The notes beneath the pieces are model-generated. The model was not told the origin of the DNA. It did no database searches and saw nothing but the letters and a program-made list of their open reading frames with translations. 64,000 bases of DNA from Bilabrum cf. latius (Eukaryota): contig OZ237737.1 in the NCBI GenBank assembly GCA_965178125.1, positions 620,001-684,000 on the forward strand, in the 5' to 3' direction. Position 1 is the stretch's first letter; each line of letters opens with the position of its first letter. A program made the translations under genes and the position numbers. Of this stretch, positions 1 to 13,126 are shown one piece after another.

Positions 1-1378
1 GTCATTGATGGTCCACCAAGAGCTGCCGCTAGCTATTCCTCACCCCCTTCGTTCCTGGATCGTCTCAGCGATGCTACTGCATCCAGGTTTCCTGGCGATA
101 GCACATCACCGAGCAGCCCTTGCATTGTTTCGATCCCATCGCCCCACCCCGATAGAGACAAGTATTCTACAGGGATACCTATCTTCACGCCCTCCAGCGC
201 ATTATCCCTGGACTATTCCCCCCTATCTGCAAGCACGCCGGGCTCTACCCACGCAGTACCCTCCTCTCCCTCGGCCCGTCCGCTCCTCGATTGCGCCGAT
301 TTGGCAGTACCACGCTACCTGCACTTGCCAGTGGGAGGAACCACGGCAGCACTTGACGGCCGCTGCTGCAACGAATCGGCGGAAGCATTGCCCTGCAGTA
401 GCACGCCAATCGCATCTGACAGCTGCCCAACACCCCCAGCACCCTCCATTGATGGGTGCCTCCGGGTCGCGAGGATACCTGCATCCGACAGCTCCAGCGC
501 CCTACGGAAGCAGGCCAATCGGTCCTTGGACTCGCTTCTAGGAACCACACTCTCCCTGTCGAGCCAATGAATGCTTTTTTGATCCGCGGGCCGCAGCCTG
601 GCCGAGCTGTCATCGCGCTGGTCGCGGCCAGCAACCCTGTCAAAGGCCACGGCGCAGTCGCTCACAGTCCTCGCAAACACGCCCGGGCAATCGAGTGAGG
701 ACGCGAACGCGATCAGCCCCCAGCGCGATACTGCACCGTAGGTTGGCTTCAGCCCTACAACTCCGCATAGCGCCGCTGGCTGACGGATGGAACCACCCGT
801 GTCTGAGCCTAGGGCCACGTCCGCTTCCCCAGAGGCGACGGCGGCAGCTGAGCCACTAGAGGAGCCGCCGGGCGACCAGACAAGATCGGATGACAGTGAG
901 GTACAAGTGATACTATCGGTAGACATTGCAGGGCTCCATGGGTTCACCGTTGGGCCCATGGCCGAGAAAACACCTGCTGATCCCATTGCGAACTCATCGC
1001 AGTTCGCCATGCCAGCAAGTGCAACCGGAACACCACCTTCATGCTACATGAGGCGAGACACAGCAGTGGCAGTAAACGGAGAGGAATACCCGCTCAGCAT
1101 CTTCGAGGCGCATGAAGACACGTATCCTTCCACACAGAAGTTCTCCTTGACTGCAACCCGGAGGCCTGGTCCAGACTGTAGATCAGTGGCAGGCTGTGTC
1201 AGCGCATTTGTGGAAATTCTACAAGTATGCCGCTGAAATCCAGTTGCGAATCGCGATACTACCACTCGTTGTCTTGCCTGCGAGCAAAACTTGACATCGA
1301 AGTGGCATCAAAGTGGACAAGCAAGATTCTTCCTAGTGGGCCACTTGACAGTGATGCTGCCGTGCTCACGTATAGCAT
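1..1378 (-). CDS. gatA: Glutamyl-tRNA(Gln) amidotransferase subunit A, mitochondrial (QRSL1/GatA); 3' end runs off the window
   Basis: Amidase-signature motifs [49 protein letters not shown] and downstream [12 protein letters not shown] lie in one frame when TAG at 1044, 315 and 213 is read through. Proposed exon 1 is 1378-1370 (MLY), then a 92-nt intron 1369-1278 (GTGAGC..CGCAG). This gives an Arg/Ser-rich, acid-free N-terminus ([20 protein letters not shown]) resembling a mitochondrial presequence. Confidence 0.92.
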
Positions 1379-1531
1379 GATAGTTAATTATTCAGTTACC
1401 GATACTGAAACCATGCCAATAGCCTAATCTATCGATATTTTGGCCTATCTTGACGGACGAATTTTTTGGAGCAGATTGCGTGCACTTTCGCAACTTGATG
1501 AAGCGAGGCCGATTTTTCAAGACACACAATT

Positions 1532-4500
1532 ATGGCCGACCAAGGCGTGTATGAAGTCGATGAAATAGCAATAAGCAGAGATGTTAATGAAACACTGCGT
1601 GGCAGAGTGACATCAACGTGTGTTCATGGACCGTTGGTCTTCTTGGGATCCTCAACCGGAGATGTTGCAGTTTGTGCAATTGTTGATTGCAACTTCATCA
1701 GCCGCCGCAATGAAATACTAGGTGTCCCCGATGTCGGTGACACGGGGGGAATATCGGACTCGCAGCTAGCATTGCATCAAGTGCTGCTTCTGCCGGATTT
1801 TGGCAGCAATGCGAAGCCTCGACCAAACACAGATCCTGCCGCACCTGCACAAGCCATAGTTAAGCCAGAAGGATTCATCAGCTAGATCATTGTAGTACCG
1901 GAATGGGATATGATTTTCGTGTTACGTGGCGGAAGCGTGCTGGTCTGCAATCTCCAGCTTTCTGTTGACGAGGATCTTGAGGAGCTCTTCGTGACAGAAG
2001 GCCTCGTTGGAGGCAGGCAGGCACCAGACCTGGGTGCAGACGGGCAAGGGGGTGCACTTCAAGACCTTCTGCGCAGAGAGGCGCTCGGAAATTTGGATCC
2101 TTCCATACAGTACTGCGTCGGTGGCATGCCCCTTGCTGAGGTGGCCGCCTCGTTCAGGTCCAGCCGCGACCTGGATCCCTGGATCTTGCCCGAGGCAAAG
2201 AGGGTCGCCAAACTGGCCGCTTCCCCTAGGAACTTTATGTTGTATGCATTTGGCGGAGAGCAGTCCAACATGCTGTACCGGTTCCGGATCGCACCCGAAA
2301 CCCCGCCGCCAGCCGATGCCGGTGATGGCTCGGCTGGCAGCTCCAGCGATGCGGGGATCGAAGACTTTAGCAAGCAGCTCAAGCAGGTTCCAAGGGTGCT
2401 CCGACCGGTCGCGGAATAGGTGCACTGCAGGGTGATCCGCAGGAGGCGGGCGAGACGGGAACGTGAGCGGTCACAGGCGGGTGGGAACGAGGCGCAGGCG
2501 GGCGGTGCGGGGGTCGGTTTCCTCTCTCTCCTCGGCCTGGCTCCTGCGGAGTCGCAGATTGCGCAGCATAGCCTGGCTGTGGCCCGTGTACTGGAAGCAT
2601 CCGCCCCGATGGTGCTCGACGGAGAGCCCTCCGTGGACATCATTGATATCGCCGTGATCGAGACGGATCCTGGGATCGTGGCTGCAGCTGTGGGAGACCA
2701 CCAATCGGTGGAGCAGGTGCCTGTGACTCGAGCAGATGGAAGCACTGCGATCGGAGGTGCCGCGGGCCAGGGCACCGTGTTGCTGATCGCAACGCAGATA
2801 GGCTGGATCAAGCTGGATCCTGTCACATTGGAGCCACTCGACAACTGCATGACGGCAGGCGACGTACTCCAGGAAGATGCAGAGGCAGGATAGGAATTGC
2901 TGCTTTCTCTTGGTACTGAGGGCAAGAAGAAATTGAAGCGTGGAGCAGATAGCAAGAGTCCACACGGAGACGACCGGGCGGGTGGCAAGCGGCTGAGAAA
3001 AGCCAGGTCTAGAGGGTCGTCTCTAGCGTCGAGGAGCATGGCCGAGATTGATGTGGAAGTCTCTGCGGCGACCTGCACGCCTCTTCATGGCCACGCAGCC
3101 ATGTGGGCCGCTGCCGGTGGGGGAGGTGGAGGTGCAGCAGGCGGTGCCTGGCCGGACGGTGATCCGTGCCATACTGCAGAGGCGCTGGCGTACGCCAACA
3201 CGTGCTAGGCCATGTCCAACACCAGCCATGAGTGGGCCCAGTCGGGGAGCGCGTCCAGCATTCTCGCTGCTGCGGCACTCACATCTACCCTGGGCCTCGT
3301 CCCCACCCCTGCCTCGTTGCTGGCACAGACAGGCGTGCTCGCCGGTCCGAGGGCGGCTGCAACGGCTCGAAATGCAAGCGCGGCAATCGAGCAGACGCGG
3401 AAAGAGGAGCGTTTTGGTGGAGAAGTTGGCAAGACCGTGCTCGGATGCCTGCCGGGTAACTCAGCACTAGTGTTCGGGTCATCCCTGGGTCTCAGCAGCG
3501 AGCTGTCTGGCAGCGGTGAAGACATGGGCAAGCCAAGCGCAAGACCGGGACGAAGAGCAGCCACGGGCGGTGAGGATTTTGGCAAGGGGGGTGGTGCAAT
3601 GTCCGACGCTGAAACCGCAACCCCGCCAACTGCACAAAGCAGCGGAGGCCTCAGAATTGGGGCTCACTAGGGGTGGAGCAGCGCGCGAAGAGACACGCAG
3701 AGCAGCGTCGATACCCCGAGCCTGCCCCCGCCGCTCGGACAGGTCCAATCGACCATGCCCTTCCTGCCATAGGTGTGCAGGTCCACTGCCGAGTACCTAG
3801 GCCTCATTTCGAGGCGAAGAGAAAGAGCTTACGTGGACTCTCAGCACGGCACGCTCCAGCGCTCGACGTTTGCGATACCGCAAGGAATCCCGCCCCAGCT
3901 GCCTGTCATGATTGGAGTTCGGGCCTCATCGGTCTTTGGGGACTATGCAAGCCGTGGAAGCGGTACACTGCACATGCCTGTTGGATCATTTGCCCAGCTT
4001 TTGCGGTTTCGGGGCGATGTGCTTGAACCGGGCAGGGCGATGCTGGGCGGCCCTGGTGGCTGGAGAAGTCCCTAGAAGCACGTTGCTGGCGATGGCCGGG
4101 GTGGCCCGGCCGAAGGATTTTGGCTGCAGCACCATCTGCAGCAACTTTTGTTTGGCGTGCATGGTGTCGACCATTCAGACACGGGGTGTCTGCCCACCTC
4201 GCACTGGTGCACGCAGAGAACCCGTCGGACGCTGGGCAGTGCACTTCGGGAGCTTATTGGCCACGGAAGCGGCATGAACCGCGGAACTGTTCGAGAGCGA
4301 AGTGGTGTGGCCGATGACGAACAGCTGGACCTGCATGTGCCGGGGGTACTGACGGATGCCGACGATGTGGTAGCTGCTATTGGAGCGGCAGTGAGCCGAG
4401 TTTCTGGTGACGAGGGGTCAAGGGGAAGCCCACCATCCCCAGCAGTGGTCGACCCAGGCCCAGACGATGCGAAGCGGCTGCCTGACAGCGCGACCAACGA

Positions 4501-7500
4501 GCTTCTCTCTGGGGTGCTCTGTGGCGCCGGAGAGGTGCTTCTAACCTGCGGCGGGTCCGGAAGATTTGTGGCTCCGGACGCTTCGATCGGGTCGCGGAAT
4601 CACCTGAATGCCGTCCAGTAGTTCGAACTCCGTCACGTGGCTGACGCAGTGAATGCGAGGGCTGGAATGGGCCAGGATTTTCAAGCAATGCCAGTGTTTG
4701 GCAGCTCTGCCGCTGCTGGCGAGGAGCTGCTTGGGCCCGTGCTGCATGGGGAAGTGCCTTGGTACATGGAGCAGCCACGGGGCTAGAGTGGGCCGCAGAA
4801 GTCTGGCAATGGTCGCATCGGCAGCGCTGACGACGAAGATGTGTTGGCTGGGCTGCTCAAGACGGTATCTGGTGCTAGGGACGGGGCTCGCAGGTCTGAA
4901 GCGTACGATGGCTCTCTATCCCGCCCCGTGCTGCAGCCGCAGCTGACTAGGATGATCAGTGACACTCTTGGACAGCAGCCTCTTCGGCCTTTCCATGCCC
5001 ACTGGCACCCATCCCACCGCGTGGTGCAAGGGCAAGACCCGATCATGGGGATGCTCGCCAAGACTCGGGGCTCTGCGGCAGCTGCTAGCCACCAACTTTC
5101 AATCCCGGTGACGGGACTGAGAGCAGTACCGCCAGCATCCACCATGGAATTTCAGAGGGCTGCCCCTGTGACGATCGTGCCGTCTGCCACAAGGCCGCTT
5201 CTGGTAGCTTCCGTGGGCGGCGTGCTCGAGGTGAGGCACTCTTTGACGGGTGAGCTGCTCCAGTCATCCAAGGGCGCTTGCCCAATCATGAAGGTAGCCT
5301 CAGACGCTGACGAAGATGCCACGAGGCGAGCCATGTGTGGATCTGCTGGAATCCTCGCTTCCCCCGCACAGGTATGGAGGCACGACCCGCAAGCGAATGC
5401 GCTGTTGCGTGCTAGCCGCAAACGCGCGCCCGCTTCTGCGAGTCCTTCGCTCTAGGACTGGCTGCTTCGGCTCCTGCCTAGGGCCGAGAGAAAGGCGCTA
5501 GTTGCCTTGGCACTAGCTGCGGTGCGACGGGCAGCCATTGCTGCGAACTACCTGGGGCATGTGGAAGACGAGGCCCAGGACGCGGAGAGCCGAGGCCGAG
5601 GGGCCAACGCCGGAACCGTCGGTGGAATGGGAGCAGTAAATGCTCGCGGGCGTCTCGATTCAATCGAGTCAACGGGGTCCTCGTCGTCTGCGAAAGGGAG
5701 ATAGAAGGCCCAGCCGGTGCAACCAGAGGCAGGCTCAGCCAGAACGTCTAAGTCTCCGCTTGTACAGGCTGCTCGTGCCATGCTCGCCTAGATAGAGAAG
5801 CCCACCCTATCGCTGGCTCTCGTTGAATTTGCTCGCGACTGCTGGCTTGATTGTCCCGATCAGTCCCGACGGCTGGCTGATTGGGCCGAAGATGTGCGCA
5901 TGCGGCGAGAGTGCCGCTTTGCTGTGCAAGACGGCGACGGACGGCGGAGACAGGCACAGTTTGCAGTCCTTGCTGTGCAGCTGCAGCCACCCGTCATGCT
6001 TGGCGCCAACGCTGAAAGGCAAGCAAGGTGCGCCTTTCGCGCCGGTGTCGCCGACGCGTCCATGCCCTTCGAGACCGCCGTGGAGGTGGCGCAGCAGTTC
6101 CTCCGGCTGCAGAGGGCCCAGAGCGCAGTGTCATCGTCAATCCTACTCAAGGCGGCTGGGGTGGCAGCTGCTGATTCGGAGCTGCCTTCCGTGAAGCAAA
6201 GGGGAGAATCGTCAGCGGGGGCAGCGGCTGGCGTTGCCAGAGCTGACGCGGCCTCTTCCGGGGCAGGCGTCGATGCTGCTGCGGCAGGCGCACAGCATGG
6301 CAGCTTTTTTACTTCGGGCAGCCAAAGCGCAGCTGAGGCCTAGCTGCTGACAGCACGACGCGTTGGCGCGATCCTCAAGCTGTGCGCACGGCCGCTTCAG
6401 CTAAGTACGGAGAGAGCAAGATCGCGGTCGTCGCGTGGCAGCGACATCCGCAGGCTGGCGAGGCAGGCGGAGGGCCAGCTCAGCTCTGTGGGCCAAGTCT
6501 GGGGCACAATTGAGTCCACGTTTGGATCGGGAGCGCTGCGTTCCATCGACGAGGCAAGGCGCTCTCATGCCTTCATGGTGTTTTCCGAGGGGGAGGTGGA
6601 GATGGGTATGGCCCAGCTGTGGCGATCAGGTGCTTCCATGAAGCGGGTCCTTGGCCTGGTGCCACAGGCTGTTCCTCCCAGGGTAGTGCTAGAGAGGAGT
6701 TATCCTTGCAGGCTGGGCGTGCTCATCAATTCGGGGAAGATGCGAGCACTCTCTGCTATTCTGTCGGTGCTGCTGGGCGCCAGGCACGCTAGGCTGCAAG
6801 CAGTGGACAGCAGCATCAATCCTGGGGCACACGGGCGAGACGGCTTGCGCGGCAACGTGAAAACCACCAGCGATTCGCGCCGCATACTCGAGCTGGCCAA
6901 GCAAGGCTCCTTTGCCAGGGTGCTTGGCTCCTTGCTTGCCGGGGCAGAAGATGTTGACACCACAGAGCCGGAGGAACCTGACCCGAAGCTACCACAGCCC
7001 GCCCCGGTATCGGTGATCGCCCGTTCTGTCAGAGCTGGCCACATCAGGACTGGGTATGTTGCGCCAAGCACCAGTATTGTGACGCGTGACGACGGGGCCG
7101 AGCGGGGCAGGCACGGCGCTGCACGAGAGCTCGTATACCCGTACCTGCTAGATTTCGCTGCTTGGGCAGCTGGAGGCGTAGGCACTTCGGTCATGTCGGG
7201 CAGTCGCGGCGACGACTTGCCTAGCTCCTCGATGGCCGTCCCAGCTAGCTTGCTGCAGGGGCTTCTGCAGCAGCGGCAGATCGCCCCTGCCGCATCTGGT
7301 GCTGGCGCTGCTGCAGGACCGACGTCTTCGGGCGAGCTTGTGTTGAGACCAGGTGTGAGCGAGGACCAGTTCAACGCTGTCGCCCGGTCCTTGGCCATCT
7401 CGAAGGCGGAGCATAGGCCGGCTTTCGAGAGGCTGGTCCTCTCGCCAGAGGCTCTGGTAGACACCGCTTGCGTGGGTGTGCTGTGCAGGATAGAGACGGC

Positions 7501-10500
7501 GCTGTTTGCGGCATGCAGCTTAAGGCTGCACCGCAAGACCTCCGAGATCGCAGACGTGGCGCAGGATATGGTACCACTTGTCGCGGCTGTGGGTGATGAT
7601 GGCAACCTTAACCAGGTGGAATGCGTCGACCGCCCATTGTGGCAGCTAGATTCCTCTTGCGCTGAGCTGGATGCCAACCTTCGCATGCCTCACTAGATGC
7701 CAGAGAGCACGGTGGTGGATCCACTGGATGAAGCGTGGCTCGACGGATCGTTTCCCTCTGCTGCGTTGCCGCGCCATGGGTTCCTGCGGGATGAAATGCG
7801 GGATGTGGCTGGCGCCAGATCTCTGCTCCGAGCCGGAAGCAGCCCAGCCATTGCCCGATCCCAAGCCCGCTCATCAGATGCTCGCCGCACGCTCCACACC
7901 GCCGCGACCGCGACGCAGTCGCAGTTTGCAGGGCAGGACGCCTTCTCCAAGGAATCGATGAAGGCCAGGCTGGCAGAGTCTAGGGCCGCGCTATAGATTT
8001 TAGTGTGTGACGCGAGCCAGGAAGCTGACCTTGAGTCGGCAATGCTGCAGCTGTCAGGGTGTGCACCGAGCTTCAGCGACGGCGCTACCCAGGCCGGCAC
8101 TATGCCCGGTGGGGACTCGGACGCTCCAGCGCCTGACGAGGCACGACGGAGCGCCCCCGGAGTCCCCACCGGCGCAGGAGCTTCGTCCCCGCTGGCCCGC
8201 TATGTGCAGGCTCTGCCTCGTTGGACCGACGAGCTGGGCAGCCTGCTGAGCATCGAGCACTTTGACAGCCCCTCGGGGGCCGAGGTGCTGGTCCTGTCAA
8301 ATGCACAGCTCCCTCTAGCATCCTGGATCCTGGGCCCAGGGATGCGGTGGAGAGAAAGGGTGGCTCTGGTCTGGTCCAAGGGCGAGAGGAGGCTTGCGCT
8401 GAGGATGGTTTCCGAGGCGTGCGCGAGGGCTGAGCGGTCTTGGCTGGCGATGCGATGGAGAGTGCACGCACTGACAGAGGGCATTCTACAGCCGGGCGAT
8501 ATCCTCGACCAGCCGCTGCAGGACCCCTTGCAGACCTCTCTGTACAACGCGGGTGCTAGCAACTCGGCCGCCATCGGAGATTTTTCTGACGATGACGACT
8601 CGGACGACGATGGCACACCAGTTGTGGCAGGTGCTGGAAAGGGGAACGTGCAAGGCAGCGATGGGGCCGCATAGGGCACCGGACACACAGACCCGGACGA
8701 TGCGAGTCTGGAGGTGGCAACAAACAAGATACTTTCGGTCGCTGGCCGCGCGCTGCAGAGAGTAAGAAGGCTGAGGCAGGTGTGGACCGGCATGGTGTCG
8801 AGGCTCGGTCGGGGCGAAGAAAACGTCGCGATCGAGTTCTTGTCGGAAGCCAAATACGCCGCGTGGTTCGACGCGAGTGGAGTTGCATCAGTGGGCGCCG
8901 CGGGGCACATGGTAGGCCAACCGGCAGATGTTTGGATGGAATCGCGGGCCAACGTGCTAGAGAAGCTAGCGGAAGACGCCGCCATGGAAAGAAGGAAGAT
9001 CGTCACTGCTGCCACTGTAGCTGTGGCATTTGGCCCCGCCGTGTGCGGGCTAGCGACGGTACTGCCGTAGAGCACTGCAGTGCGGCGGTTGGGCAGCGCC
9101 CGAGAGGCGTCCGCGAGGGCATTTGAGCTTCTGTCCCAGTCATCAAAGGCGCTCGGTTCAAGCGTGACGGAGCTTGTGCCTGAGTGTGCTCCACTTGTTG
9201 ACTGGATGCTGGAGAAGGACCCTTGCCTGATTGCCGTGCGAGGCGCATGCAGCGTCATCGGGGGTCGGGCGGGCGCGGGGCTGCAGGCCGACATGAAGCA
9301 GAGCATCTACGTGGCCAAAGCAGCCGTGCGGGACCCTCCCATGCGGGAATTGCTGGATCGAAGCAGGCACTATTGCCTGCCGGCCTTGCTCTCGTACGAC
9401 CTCGGACTTGGACTGGGGGATGCTGCGGCGGCTTGGCCAGAGGAGCAGGACAAGGACGCAGCGATCGTGCAGTCTAAAGGAGGCATGCCTGCTTACTCGC
9501 TCTGCAGGCTGCCCGCATCCGGTGGCACGGAGCTTGATGGGTATGCGGGGAATGGCGCGAAAGAGGCAGGCTGGTTGTGTTTGGACCCAAGCGCGCTACT
9601 GCCTACTGTGTGCGCAGCTGCGTGGTCAAAAGCGAGCGCATCCTTGCGTGGGCAGAGTGGTGACAGGCTAGCAGGGCGAGAGGTGGCGCTTGTGACCGAC
9701 TTGCACCGCGGCATGTATGCCTGGCCCCGGAGCGTGTCGCGGGCGTTCATGCTGCATGCTTGTCTGCACAGGCACTCTGGGCCGCTGGAGGGCACAGTGA
9801 GCGATGATGTGGCCGGGCTGCCAAGTCCGGCGGTCCGATCCCCGTCTTTGATGTACACACTACTTCACGACCTGGCGTCTGCGTCTCAGCAGCTCGCAGC
9901 CGCCGGATCTGAGTCCAGGGGGGCCGCTGCGGGTGCTAGCTACCTGCAGCGCGCAATCGCAACCGCGGCAGGTGGGGAGTCGTTTGATGGCGTATCGCCT
10001 CGACGCAAGTTGTCCGGCGGCACTGGTGCTAGCAGGAGAGAGTTGATACAGCTAGATGTCATGGACCCCCGTGCCCGCAGCTCTCTTTCGCGTCTATGGG
10101 GCGTGCACCTGGCCGTCTGCTAGTCGAGAGCGTAGCTGCTGCGCGTCGTTGATGCAGTTTTCGCGGCCGCCACTCGCATGCAGGTGCACCTGTCCCAAGT
10201 GGCGCAACGCAGTCCCATGGCCGCCCTGCAGGCTAGCATGGCGCTCGTGGTGAATCCCGAGGCAGTGCTATCGCTGGTGCGGCCGGCATGTCCCGTGTCA
10301 ACGGCCGTGGTGCAAGCCAACCTAGGCATGCAGAGCCATGCAGTTCATTCTTTGTTCGAACTGGTCAAGAGCGGTGTACCCTCGGTGCTGCAAGGGCTCC
10401 TTACCGACGATGCACCTGCTCCGGCTGACAAGGACCAGCCAGGTGCAAATGACAGGCTGCAGTCTGGAGGCTCCGTGCGGGATAGAATGGGTGGGAACTC

Positions 10501-11230
10501 TTCGGATGCCCGGCGTGCAGCGATCGCACAGGCGCCACTCAGCGTGTTGCAGGCTTGTAGCCAGTCCTGTGCAGAGCTAGTGCTGCAGGTATGCGACATG
10601 GCGCGGTCGAAGGGTTGGCCGAATGCCGCCGTGTTGAGCGAGTTCGTGTGCCGGTCCGTGCTGGGCAGCAGGTCCGGTGGCAAGCACCGCCAGCGACCAG
10701 GCGCACTGGTGCATAAGGCTAAGCCGGGCGATGCGGCGGTAGAATCGATCGGTATTGGCACGCCTGATGTGCGCGTCAAGCCGCATCACCTGCCGCTGAT
10801 GCTCCAGCGCGAGCCCGGTCTTGGCTTGCTCCTTGCCTTCGCGGCAGACCACGTCGCCGGTAGCAGCGCCGGAGCAGGAGGCCCCACTGCTGAGGGAAGA
10901 GCCGCGGTGTTGGGCCGCAAAGGCCAGTCCACCGCGCTGGATGTGCTGCCCGATGCGTCCACCGTTGCGGCTCTGCTACCCGTGATGCGAAACACCATGC
11001 GGTAGGCTGGGTCCGAGGCTTGGTCTAGCTCCGTGCTTGCCCGGCTGGAGAGGAAGCAAGGAGCTGAGAGCACGGAAGCGGTGCGGCGGGCCATCGATGA
11101 TGTGACTGCGGAACAGGAAGGTAAGCGCGACGGCACTGGCAGGGCAGCCAGCGGCTCCAGCGGGGAGGGAAAGGCAGCCAGGTCTAGTCCCAAGCAGGGG
11201 AGGCGGCAGCGGTTGAGGGATCGTCGGTGA
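1532..11230 (+). CDS. Giant (~3232 aa) protein with CNH-like beta-propeller segments, Vps39/Vam6/TGFBRAP1-like
   Basis: Track ORFs from 1532..1885 to 11033..11230 share one frame and are separated only by about 20 TAG codons; the first TGA is at 11228. Segments TCVHGPLVFLGSSTGDV, IS[Q]IIVVPEWDMIFVLRGGSVLVCNL and PLLVASVGGVLEVRHSLTGELLQS resemble CNH-domain motifs of Vps39/TRAP1. The CDS is well supported, the family call only moderately. Confidence 0.7.
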
Positions 11231-11508
11231 ACGCGCGCTTAGGCGCAAGAGGGTATCATTTGGTAGTTCGAAGCCAAGGTTCTCAACGGAACTACGGCCG
11301 CTGATGCTCAGCCCTGCGCACCGACTGGTCTACCGAGACGGACCGACTGAGTTCAGGTACATCTAATAGTTCCGTTTTGTGTGCCGCACGGGATGGTGCT
11401 GCGGTGCGGCTGATTCACAGCGCACAAGGAGGTATCAATATTGTGTTGCATTTAGATTCAAGTCAGACAAAGTGAATGTCGCCGGCAAGAGGCCAAGCAA
11501 GCAGCCAC

Positions 11509-13020
11509 TCACTGCACCAGCTCCTTGCCGTGGTCCTCGAGGAACGCGTGGGCCTCGTCTACCCTCCCGATCCAGTCCTCCACCCTCTCGCACAGCTTGG
11601 ACACCTGACCCTTGTCCAGCGTGCGGGGGCGCACATACGACACGTGCACGATGCCCGCCTCTTTCTCTCTCGCAGTCGCACCGCCGGCCGCGGCGCCCGC
11701 GTCGCTCCCCGCCCCGCTGGACGCAGCAGGGCCAGTCTACCCCGCGCCTGCGTCTAGCTCCGGGCACGCATCGATGGTGCCCTTGAGGAGGCCCTTGGAC
11801 ATGGCACGCATGAGCAGCCAGTCCACCTGCTTGACCGGCAGCCCCGAGCACGCCGCCACCTGGGAGAAGGGCACGCTGCGCTCCTGAGGGGGCTTGGAAG
11901 CCACGAACTCCACGAGGGCCAGCACGGTGATCTTCTCCCTGACAGTGCCCATGTGCGCCGCGAGCGCAGGGGTTGTCTCGATGTCGGAGGAGTGCTCCGC
12001 CGCGGTCGTGTTGAAGGCCAGCAGGTCACCCTTGGCGCACGCAGTCGCTAGATCCAGGAGCCAGGCACGCCCCCCGCTCGCGGACCGTTCCGCCTCTGAC
12101 CTCAGCGCCTCACACACGGGGTGCTGCACCACCATGCCCACGTCGTACGTCTCCTCGTCCACAAGCGCGGCGATGCAGAGCTGGCTGGCCCAGTCGGCCG
12201 CCTGGCTGGGCCGCATGCCCTCGGCGCCAACGAGGCTGAGGTAATCCAGCGCCTCGGCCAGAAAGTCCGAGGCCGGGCCCGTTACCTGCAGCAGCTCTGC
12301 ACGGACCCGGTGAAAGGCGGCTTGCACCACGGGTTGCTTACCTTCGCTAGCCCCTGCAAGTTCCAGTTTGCGGACTCCTTTGGCTGCCTTCGCCAAGGCC
12401 TCTTCGCATGCGGCGACTTCTCGGCGCTTTAGGTCCAGGCTAGCGATTTCGAGCCGGGCGAGGAGCTGAGCATCCTCGGGCAGCCTCGACTTAAATTTAC
12501 CGTCACCATCAGTAGTACCATCGGATAGCAGTGATTCTAGGATTCCTATAGCTTGCTTTATCTCGTCGAGGTCGTGTGGAAAGCTAGCAGTGACCATGCT
12601 ACAAACATGCGATGCAAGCTCCACTCGGCGCAGCTGATCAAGGCTTCTCTTCGAATTCTCAACAACCCCGTCGAATAACTGCGACAAGCATTGCTGAACA
12701 AGACAGATTGCATGCATGCCCAAGGGCTACAACTCGGCTCAATTCAAGTTGCAGCGAAGCCACTCACCTTCAAGGCCATTTCGCGGCTGACCTGCCGTTG
12801 CTCAAAGACATCTCCAAGTGTCAATGTCAACTGGTGCCACAATCTGCGGGGGAATTGTCCGTATTTGCGATGTGGATAGCGGTGACATGGACTGAGCACT
12901 GGTTCTTGGCGGCTCGGCTGCACACCCTTACTTTTTCTGGTAGAGATTTAAAAGCGAGGAGTAAAGACCAGCCTTATCGGGATCCTACTATGCAGCCTAT
13001 TCTAAGCATGACAACGCCAT
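11509..13020 (-). CDS. RPN9: 26S proteasome lid subunit Rpn9/PSMD13 (~444 aa)
   Basis: Exons 13020-12932, 12843-12768 and 12678-11509 (88- and 89-nt GT..CGCAG introns). Splicing rebuilds the conserved LYQKKLWHQLT. PCI-domain motif VDWLLMRAMSKGLLKGTID is present, and the C-terminal VHVSYVRPRTLD is reached only by reading through TAG at 11737. Three more TAGs lie in exon 1. Ends at TGA. Confidence 0.93.
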
Positions 13021-13126
13021 AGCTGTAGTATATGCCCGGTAATCCTGCAAGAGTGACAGATCTGGTATGTGGCAAAACTGCACGGTATAATACGCTGGAG
13101 CGGCCGAATAATCCATTTGTTCAGCC
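13021..13126. promoter_or_regulatory. Putative bidirectional promoter between Rpn9 and cyclophilin
   Basis: 106-bp AT-richer spacer between head-to-head start codons. Inferred from gene geometry only. Confidence 0.45.

Noticed and set aside
1-1378. GatA as part of the UAG-recoding machinery
   Set aside because: It looks like the ordinary mitochondrial GatCAB subunit with a presequence, which makes organellar Gln-tRNA. Its presence here is probably coincidental.
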